The translations under genes and the position numbers were made by a program. The notes under the pieces were generated by a model. The model saw nothing but the letters and a program-made list of their open reading frames with translations, searched no databases and was not told the origin of the DNA. From a virus, in IMG/VR virus record IMGVR_UViG_3300025035_000001: a stretch of DNA of 34,506 nt; one strand, 5' to 3'. Of this stretch, positions 20,487-27,384 are shown one piece after another. Within the stretch, counting starts at the first letter, position 1; every line of letters starts with the position of its first letter.

Positions 20487-21252
20487 AAAGTTTGATATTG
20501 AAGGAACAATGATTCCTTTTTTCGGTATTTCTGATTCGTCTATGGAAGTCAAATTTAATAGAGTGGCTAGAATCGCTTCTCGATTTAATATTTGGAAAGA
20601 ACAGATGCAAAACTACGTATTACAGAATAACTCATCACCTACTTCTCAAGAATATAATCTTTCTGTTGCTTTTTTAATCATTATGTCGACAGGAATTAGA
20701 GTAGGTAATGAGAGTTCCGCAGAAGGTTTTTATTCAGACTATAAAGAAAAAGGTAAAACGGTTTTCGCACATACGTATGGTTTAACAACTCTCTTACCTG
20801 AACACGTTAGTGTTAAAAACGAAATCGTGTATTTTAATTTTACAGGAAAGAAACACGTTCAAAATACTTTTGAGTTAAGTTCTGATTTAAGTAAATTAGT
20901 AATTCCGGTTATTGAAAGTGGTTATTCGACTGTATTTAATATGGAAGAACCAGAACTAACTCGATTTGTGAAGCAACATACTTCTAAACATTTAAGTACG
21001 AAAGACTTTAGAACCTTTAGAGCTAATGTGTATGCTTTTGAATTTGGAAGCACCCAACCTAAATATATGTCTAAATCTGAAAGAAAAGATAGAATTAAAG
21101 ATACTGTTGAAAAAGTATCCCAACAATTAAACAATACTCCCGGTGTGGTTAAATCTTCTTATGTAGATAAACGATTGTTAGATTATCTTTTTCCTGAAGA
21201 GTTAATACCAAAAAAGAAACATGGGGGATTACTTAAACTTTATAAATTATGA
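20476..21252 (+). CDS. Type IB DNA topoisomerase, catalytic domain only (bacterial/poxvirus-like)
   Basis: Catalytic pentad present: R75 (GIRVGN), K125 (FTGKK), R179 (KDFRT), N220 (LNNTP) and Y229 (SYVD), plus the YGLTTL motif. The N-Y spacing of 9 equals vaccinia H265-Y274. Confidence 0.9.
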   Translation: MKFEKFDIEGTMIPFFGISDSSMEVKFNRVARIASRFNIWKEQMQNYVLQNNSSPTSQEYNLSVAFLIIMSTGIRVGNESSAEGFYSDYKEKGKTVFAHTYGLTTLLPEHVSVKNEIVYFNFTGKKHVQNTFELSSDLSKLVIPVIESGYSTVFNMEEPELTRFVKQHTSKHLSTKDFRTFRANVYAFEFGSTQPKYMSKSERKDRIKDTVEKVSQQLNNTPGVVKSSYVDKRLLDYLFPEELIPKKKHGGLLKLYKL

Positions 21253-21539
21253 TGTCATTATTGGAATTATACGGTTTAAATCAACTTAAAAAAGGTGGAA
21301 CAGTTGATAAAAAATCAATACCTTGTAACAAACCTAAACGTTTAGTAGGACACCCGACAAAAAAATTTATTGTAAAAGGTTGCGAGAATGGAAACGAGTC
21401 TATAGTTAGATTTGGTGACGCAAATATGAAGATAAAAAAAAATAATCCTAGAAGAAGAAAGTCATTTAGAGCTAGACACAATTGCAGTAATCCGGGTTCT
21501 AAATTAAAAGCTCGTTATTGGTCTTGCAAAAACTGGTAA
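21249..21539 (+). CDS. Small very basic protein of the 'VRFGD...RRKSFRARHNC...ARYWSC' family (putative DNA-binding internal head protein)
   Basis: This motif is widespread in aquatic phages, from memory. N-terminal LKKGGTV. Confidence 0.65.
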   Translation: MMSLLELYGLNQLKKGGTVDKKSIPCNKPKRLVGHPTKKFIVKGCENGNESIVRFGDANMKIKKNNPRRRKSFRARHNCSNPGSKLKARYWSCKNW

Positions 21540-21615
21540 TTATTTTATTTTAAATTAACCAAAAGGTCTTATATTTATAAGAAGTTTTATTTCATATCTT
21601 TTTAAACATAACATT

Positions 21616-21879
21616 ATGATTGCAAGAGCTATAGTAATAACTAATTATGATGAAATCGTTAATGCTGATAAAGAAGCACAACGTTTAGGATTAGACAAAA
21701 TGGGAATAAAACCCATTGAAGAAATCAGTGAAATCGGTTTTAATCTTGCAGATGTTTCAAGGTATTTAGCAATTCCTGCTACTGGCAAAATTGTAGTAGT
21801 ATTTAAAGATAGAACAGAAGAAGAATTTGAATTAGATGAACAGTTGTTAACATTACTTAGAAGTAAATTTAAAATATGA
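21616..21879 (+). CDS. Hypothetical protein
   Basis: 87 aa ORF with an AT-rich leader. ATGA overlap with the next gene. Confidence 0.65.
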   Translation: MIARAIVITNYDEIVNADKEAQRLGLDKMGIKPIEEISEIGFNLADVSRYLAIPATGKIVVVFKDRTEEEFELDEQLLTLLRSKFKI

Positions 21880-22919
21880 AACTATACGCAAAATATTTAA
21901 AACGACAAGACGGTGGAGATACCAAACCTGCTACTGTTTATGATACGTTTCCTAAAAAAATTAAAAAAGCTCTTGAAAAATCAGATAATATAAGTAAAAG
22001 TGTTACTGATATTCCTAATGGTTTTAGAACCACAGTATCTACGGCTAGTGGTAAACCTGGAAAAATTCATGAGCAAAGTATTGACCCAAACTCTTTAAAA
22101 GGTTCAGGTAAATACATAGGTGGTTGTACTACTGAGATAATGCGACCCTTAATACAAGCTTCTAAATCAATAGAATTACAAAATAAATTAGTTGCTCAAG
22201 GTATTGCTAAAATTGAAGACTATGGGAGTAGAAAGGTTATTACAAGTGTAAAGAATCCTAATTGTAAAATACCTTTAGAAAAATTTCAAGAACCCGGTTC
22301 AAGAGAAAGTGCTTTATTTACCCAAGAAATGAAGTTCGCAGGTAAAAAAGATATTGAAATGCCTATAGATATACCTAAAGGTAAATTAAGAAGAATACCT
22401 ATGCCTAAAGGAGAAGATAAGATACCAATACCGCAAGGTGAGTCAATGGAAAAAGAGGTTAACATTAATGTTTGGTTTAATCTAAAAGTACCGCACATGA
22501 CTAAAGGTGTTAAAGATTTAGGTAAAAGACAAGTACCGGTTACATTCTTAGTTCAGGTAGATAGAAAAGCAAATGATTTTAATAATTTGACAAAAAAAGA
22601 TGTGAGAATAAAAGTGGCATCAGTAGGAGCGATTGAAGCAGTAGGTACTAATAATGCTGCCGCTGCTTATCAAAGTGGTGGAGCATCAATAGATGTTGGT
22701 GATTTTCCCCTTGGTACTGGTGCAGTTACCGAAGCTGAAATAAGAAGTAAAATGAACATTATAGGACCTTTTATATTAGCTAAAATAAACGACGGAACGA
22801 TTAAAGCACGTGTTGGAAACGTAAAAGGGAACATTCCTTCTTTTCAAGATAGATTAAACCAAATAAGAAACTCTCGTAAAAGAGGTGGGACATTATTAAC
22901 CAAATATTTAAGTCGATGA
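21876..22919 (+). CDS. Hypothetical basic protein with xxGG motifs at both termini (putative cargo)
   Basis: 347 aa. KRQDGGD at the N-terminus, RKRGGTLL at the C-terminus, and an internal short Pro-rich repeat (IDIPKG/IPMPKG/IPIPQG). Confidence 0.6.
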   Translation: MKLYAKYLKRQDGGDTKPATVYDTFPKKIKKALEKSDNISKSVTDIPNGFRTTVSTASGKPGKIHEQSIDPNSLKGSGKYIGGCTTEIMRPLIQASKSIELQNKLVAQGIAKIEDYGSRKVITSVKNPNCKIPLEKFQEPGSRESALFTQEMKFAGKKDIEMPIDIPKGKLRRIPMPKGEDKIPIPQGESMEKEVNINVWFNLKVPHMTKGVKDLGKRQVPVTFLVQVDRKANDFNNLTKKDVRIKVASVGAIEAVGTNNAAAAYQSGGASIDVGDFPLGTGAVTEAEIRSKMNIIGPFILAKINDGTIKARVGNVKGNIPSFQDRLNQIRNSRKRGGTLLTKYLSR

Positions 22920-23311
22920 ACATATATGGATTTTCAGCACAAAGGAATAGAAATACCTCAAAAGGAAGAACTTTAAAAGACGGTGGTATTATTGCTGGAG
23001 GTGTAGCACACGCTGAAAATAATAATATTGGCGATAAAGGTATTCCTGTGGTATCGATTGAATCTTATAACACCAACAATGGAAAATATATTAAGTCTGA
23101 TAAACAAGTAGAAGTAGAATCTGAAGAGATTGTTTTCAATGAGGAAACGTCTTTGAAGATTAATAAGTTAGTAGAAGAATATAATACGTGTAAATGCGAA
23201 GGTAAATTAAGATTATTAGGTCAAGTTATACTTGAAGCTACTCGTAATCTTGTCGATGAAACATGTAGAACCAGTTGCAAATTTGAATCTAAATTACAAA
23301 AAATAAAATGA
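22916..23311 (+). CDS. Conserved crAss-like virion/cargo-associated protein ('KGIPVV...EVESEEIVF' family)
   Basis: GVAHAENNNIGDKGIPVV...QVEVESEEIVF...LLGQVILE. N-terminal LKDGGII. Confidence 0.55.
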   Translation: MNIYGFSAQRNRNTSKGRTLKDGGIIAGGVAHAENNNIGDKGIPVVSIESYNTNNGKYIKSDKQVEVESEEIVFNEETSLKINKLVEEYNTCKCEGKLRLLGQVILEATRNLVDETCRTSCKFESKLQKIK

Positions 23312-24183
23312 ACAATTTAAGAATTAAAAACCTTCATAAACGCTTGTTAAAAGCGGGTGGTAAAATCGTAAAAGAAGATAGCTATTTATTTAAAAATAAA
23401 AGAGCTGACGGTGGTGAGGTTAAAACACCTCCAAGAAAGGCATTATACGCTTTAGCTAACAAATTAGCGGACCAAAAAGTAGCTAGAAATGGCGGTACAC
23501 GAAATGATTATTTTATGGAAGCGATTAAGCACATTAAGGCTAATCCTGAAAGGTATCGAGAAGAACTGAGTAAATATGTTGATGAAACACCTATTTCAGT
23601 AAATAATGATATAGAAGATCCTGAAATTGTTTCAGGTATGACTCGTGGTGATTATTTAAACGCTGACGACAACACCCGAAAAAACATGGAGGAGTATGTT
23701 AACTATGGGCAGTATGGTGAAAACAATCAAGGTGCTGTAGATAAGAAAATAAATATTAAAAAACGTCAGATAATTACTGCGGCTTATAATAGAGCTATTC
23801 GAGAAGCTACTATCGCTAATAATAATAAACCGTTAAGTACTAAACAAATGCAAGAGATTTATAAAAAATTAATGGAAAGTCAAGCTGTACCTTCTTTTAA
23901 TATGGGAGGTATTATGGGTGCTGTAGGAAACGTTATGCAGAATCCTAATACGATGAATATGATGGGAGATATGATGTCTCAACAAGCGGAACGTAGAAAT
24001 CAAGCGGTAATGGCTTTAGGTGGGCAATTACGAATGAGGAGATTAGGTGGTTCTATCATTGGAGAAACAATGTTTAAAATCGCTGATAAAAATGCGGATT
24101 GGATTTATAATAATATGCAAGATTTAATCGGTGACGCGGTTTATAAAAACAATTTAGAAAGATTGTCAAGATTATCTCTGTAA
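23308..24183 (+). CDS. Hypothetical protein with multiple xxGG motifs and a Met-rich segment (putative cargo polyprotein)
   Basis: Contains LKAGGKI, RADGGEV, ARNGGT, FNMGGIM, MALGGQL and RRLGGSI. Confidence 0.6.
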   Translation: MNNLRIKNLHKRLLKAGGKIVKEDSYLFKNKRADGGEVKTPPRKALYALANKLADQKVARNGGTRNDYFMEAIKHIKANPERYREELSKYVDETPISVNNDIEDPEIVSGMTRGDYLNADDNTRKNMEEYVNYGQYGENNQGAVDKKINIKKRQIITAAYNRAIREATIANNNKPLSTKQMQEIYKKLMESQAVPSFNMGGIMGAVGNVMQNPNTMNMMGDMMSQQAERRNQAVMALGGQLRMRRLGGSIIGETMFKIADKNADWIYNNMQDLIGDAVYKNNLERLSRLSL

Positions 24184-24184
24184 T

Positions 24185-24679
24185 ATGTTTTACATTGGCG
24201 ATTCTGAAATACAAGGAAAAGGTGTTTTTATAGACCAAGATGTACCAAAAGGAATATGTCTTGGTCTTGCTCACACTTTAGAAGGTAATAAATTAACTCG
24301 TATTACTAAATTGGGTAAATTTCATAATCATTCAGTTTTTCCTAATTGTAAATCATTTAAAATAGGCAATAACCGTTATTTATTTAGTCTTAGAGATTTA
24401 GTAAAAGGGGAAGAAATAACCGTTGATTATAGAAAACAACCCGAATTAGAACAACCTAAAGAAAATTGGGATATGGCAAGATTATTATTACTCGACCATA
24501 ACGGTCAACCTCAAATGAAACTTGGAGGTAGAGAAATTGTATTTTCAAGAGTTTCAACAAAAAAGATTTTAGATTTAGCTGAAAAAGCAAGTGATGGAGA
24601 TAATCGAGATATTTTAGCTTTAGGTAAGTTCGTTTATCAAGAAAGAATGAAACAAAAGAAAAGAGACAAAGAAATTTAA
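24185..24679 (+). CDS. Minimal SET-domain protein-lysine methyltransferase fused to a C-terminal 'EIVF' helical domain
   Basis: SET motifs: SEIQGKGVF (GxG), FHNHSVFPNC (NHS) and RDLVKGEEITVDY. No pre- or post-SET Cys clusters. Confidence 0.85.
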   Translation: MFYIGDSEIQGKGVFIDQDVPKGICLGLAHTLEGNKLTRITKLGKFHNHSVFPNCKSFKIGNNRYLFSLRDLVKGEEITVDYRKQPELEQPKENWDMARLLLLDHNGQPQMKLGGREIVFSRVSTKKILDLAEKASDGDNRDILALGKFVYQERMKQKKRDKEI

Positions 24680-24725
24680 TTTTTTGTATATTTAATTTAT
24701 ACAGTCACCTATAAAAACAACGATA

Positions 24726-25037
24726 ATGATTACGTTTAATAATAGAAACACAAATAAAGTTGTAATCCCAGCTAGAGTGCTAGGATTACGTCAAGAAGGA
24801 GGGGAGTTGATAGAATCAGGAGAACCTGCGGCTGCGGAAGCTCAAGACCCTATGATGGACATCTTAAATATGGCAATGCAAGCAGTGGAAGAGCAAGATC
24901 CTGAAACGGCTATGCAAGTTTGCGTAATGCTAGTAGAAATAGCAGGTGGAGGTGAAGAAGCTTCTATGGAAGAAGAATCAATGGAAGAAATGCCTACAGA
25001 TGAAGAAATGGGTTACGGTGGAATGATGGATTACTAG
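24726..25037 (+). CDS. Small acidic Met-rich protein (crAss-like conserved 'QDP...AMQVC' family), flanked by xxGG motifs
   Basis: RQEGGEL...QDPMMDILNMAMQAVEEQDPETAMQVC...MGYGGMM. Confidence 0.6.
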   Translation: MITFNNRNTNKVVIPARVLGLRQEGGELIESGEPAAAEAQDPMMDILNMAMQAVEEQDPETAMQVCVMLVEIAGGGEEASMEEESMEEMPTDEEMGYGGMMDY

Positions 25038-25042
25038 ATAGT

Positions 25043-25807
25043 ATGGAGGAGATTATAAAGCAACTAGATGGGCAGCTTATACTCCTTTATACTACATTTA
25101 TCGGTATTATAATTTTCTTTTTAAGAGACGGTTCAAAACTATTATTTTCTTTTTTAACGGATGTGTTAAAACATTGGTGGCATTTAAAAAAAGAAGAATT
25201 GACATTAGAAGCTAAAGTTAGAAATTCTAAAGTTGCAGCTTTTTCAGAGATGGAAATTCAAAGATTGAAAACTGAAACTCCGTTAATAAAAGATGTTATT
25301 TACCTAAGTGATACATTAAAGGAGCTTAGAGATTATTTAAACGCTTTTAGAATAACGATATATATATTCCATAACGGAACAGCTAAGTTTTTTAAAAATT
25401 ATTCAGGGAGACATCAAGATTGTAGAAATATTGTAGATAGACATTTAAGTAATTATCAAAATAAACCACTGTCTACTTTATATCCAATTATAAATTATTG
25501 TGTTAATCAAACAATTACCATATTTGATGAGAATACTGAATTTGAATATATAAGACATCTTATTCTTAATTCAAAAACTAAAATCAACGTTATTTTTTTA
25601 ATTATAATTGATTCTGAAAAAATTGAAAATTCTCATAATATAATAAGCGTTAAAACAAACAAAGGTATATCGATTCCTTTAGGGTTTGTAAGTATTGAAC
25701 TTGATGAAGATTCTTTAATGTTGACAGAGACCATTATAAGCTATATTAAGTCTTTTAAACAAACGATTGAAACATCATACACTAACTCGCCTGAAATATT
25801 CGGATGA
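25043..25807 (+). CDS. Putative holin (T4 T-like: one N-terminal TM helix plus a GAF-like domain)
   Basis: Hydrophobic LILLYTTFIGIIIFFL, then LKELRDYLNAFRITIYIFHNG...YQNKPLS...LGFVSIE. Confidence 0.6.
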   Translation: MEEIIKQLDGQLILLYTTFIGIIIFFLRDGSKLLFSFLTDVLKHWWHLKKEELTLEAKVRNSKVAAFSEMEIQRLKTETPLIKDVIYLSDTLKELRDYLNAFRITIYIFHNGTAKFFKNYSGRHQDCRNIVDRHLSNYQNKPLSTLYPIINYCVNQTITIFDENTEFEYIRHLILNSKTKINVIFLIIIDSEKIENSHNIISVKTNKGISIPLGFVSIELDEDSLMLTETIISYIKSFKQTIETSYTNSPEIFG

Positions 25808-25865
25808 AAACAAAAAAAACAAAACACACTGACGAAGATTGTGGGTGTAGCAAAAATAAAAACGT

Positions 25866-26282
25866 ATGGCAACAATACAACAATTAGATAGAACCAACGA
25901 TTTATTGTCGCAAATTTGGGTTAAATTAACGACAAATGAAGGTGAGTCATACCCTATACTTGTAGATATTGAAACAAACACTCAAACAACAGCGAGTAAT
26001 ACCACACAATCTGCTTCAGATATTACTGCAATTGCTTTAAATATCGACTCTATTAAAACAACAATTGAAGCTTTAAACGATAGACATATTTTAGAAAATT
26101 GGGATTTGATTGTAGGTAACAGTAAAGTAACTACTTATTATACAGGTGTTGCGGTTGGAAATCCCAGTGGTTCAACAGATAATGCTGAAACAATACAGTA
26201 TAATCAAGGAGCTTCTACCGTATTGACTCAGACTTATACATGGAATATTGATAATAAACCTATAAGTATAACAGCATCGTAA
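25866..26282 (+). CDS. Putative virion structural protein
   Basis: Thr-rich, with a short coiled coil and a C-terminal beta segment (TIQYNQGASTVLTQTYTW...ISIT). Confidence 0.5.
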   Translation: MATIQQLDRTNDLLSQIWVKLTTNEGESYPILVDIETNTQTTASNTTQSASDITAIALNIDSIKTTIEALNDRHILENWDLIVGNSKVTTYYTGVAVGNPSGSTDNAETIQYNQGASTVLTQTYTWNIDNKPISITAS

Positions 26283-26330
26283 ATGAAATTTTCTATAAAT
26301 TATACAACTAAAATTTAAAAAACCTGCAAA

Positions 26331-26988
26331 ATGTCAAACAAGTATAAGTATAACATATTTACTGGAAAGTTAGATTTAGTAGGACGAGAGTATCCTGAAT
26401 TAGAAGATTTTTTTAAAAACACAAATTGTTACATACACTATATATGAAATAATTATAGGAGATACCTTATCAGGAAGTGTTGCGGTGCAAACAGGAATTG
26501 AAATAATAAGAGATAGTTTTCAAGGAGCTGATTTAAATCTTTCTAAATTAGGTGGAGACCTTTTCCCTACTGGAGTAGGTGTTGAAGATACGTTAGGTAA
26601 TCCTGTTTTTGCAACATTTAACCCTATAGACACTCCACCAAATTGGCAAATTAATACTTCAGATACTAATGGAGAAGACTATGCTTTGATATTTAGAGTA
26701 AGAAGTACTAGAGGTAATCTTACTACTTATTTAAAAAATAACCCTGAATACTTTTTATCTAGTGAAACACAAACTATTGATAATGATACTACATGGATTG
26801 AATATGTTGCTAATTATGAACCTTCAATTCAAATTTCAATTACAGGAGGACTTGTGATTCAATATGATAATCAAAAAGAAACTGTTTATAGATTTGTACC
26901 TGACCCTTATATCTATAATCAAGATAGTATTTATAGAAATTTCAATGGGGTCAGTTTAACAAATTTAATCACCTCAAGAACTAATTAA
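26331..26988 (+). CDS. Fibre-associated structural gene split by a +1 frameshift at T7A5 (26408-26419); 38-aa upstream ORF 26331..26447 plus the downstream frame
   Basis: ATG at 26331 gives MSNKYKYNIFTGKLDLVG, a typical phage fibre N-terminal motif. The frame of the listed ORF 26485..26988 is open from 26404. Removing one T gives a continuous 218-aa protein (...ELEDFLKTQIVTY...). Confidence 0.65.
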
Positions 26989-26992
26989 AATT

Positions 26993-27382
26993 ATGATAAT
27001 TAATCAGACTATCTCAAATTTAAAAGAAAACGGGGTTGAGTTCAATCCACCTATTTATCGACAAGTAAAATCAGCAATGTTACAATGTTTTTATGATAAC
27101 GATAATGAAATAGCTGAAGTTATAGTTACTTGTGATGTAAGACATTATACGGATGTTGAAATGACTAAGGCTTGGGGATTTAATCCAAGAGTAGTAAAAA
27201 ATCTTCATATAAAAGATACTTTTACAGTAGATAAAACAACAGGTGTTAGAGCAACAGAAGACACCCTTGAAGAAAATAAAATGGGAGAGCTTACTTTCTT
27301 TGTAGACTATTCTCAAATGGTGATAAGACAAGGTGTAGCCGCAGGTGTTTACTTAGCTGATATTAACCATAGATTTGATTAA
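26993..27382 (+). CDS. Hypothetical protein, possible tail fibre assembly chaperone
   Basis: 129 aa ORF lying between fibre-like genes. Confidence 0.5.
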   Translation: MIINQTISNLKENGVEFNPPIYRQVKSAMLQCFYDNDNEIAEVIVTCDVRHYTDVEMTKAWGFNPRVVKNLHIKDTFTVDKTTGVRATEDTLEENKMGELTFFVDYSQMVIRQGVAAGVYLADINHRFD

Positions 27383-27384
27383 TT

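Noticed and set aside
20476-21252. Integrase/tyrosine recombinase call
   Set aside because: The RVGN, YGLTTL, GKK, KDFRT and NT...SY motifs match TopIB. The HxLRH motif of integrases is absent.
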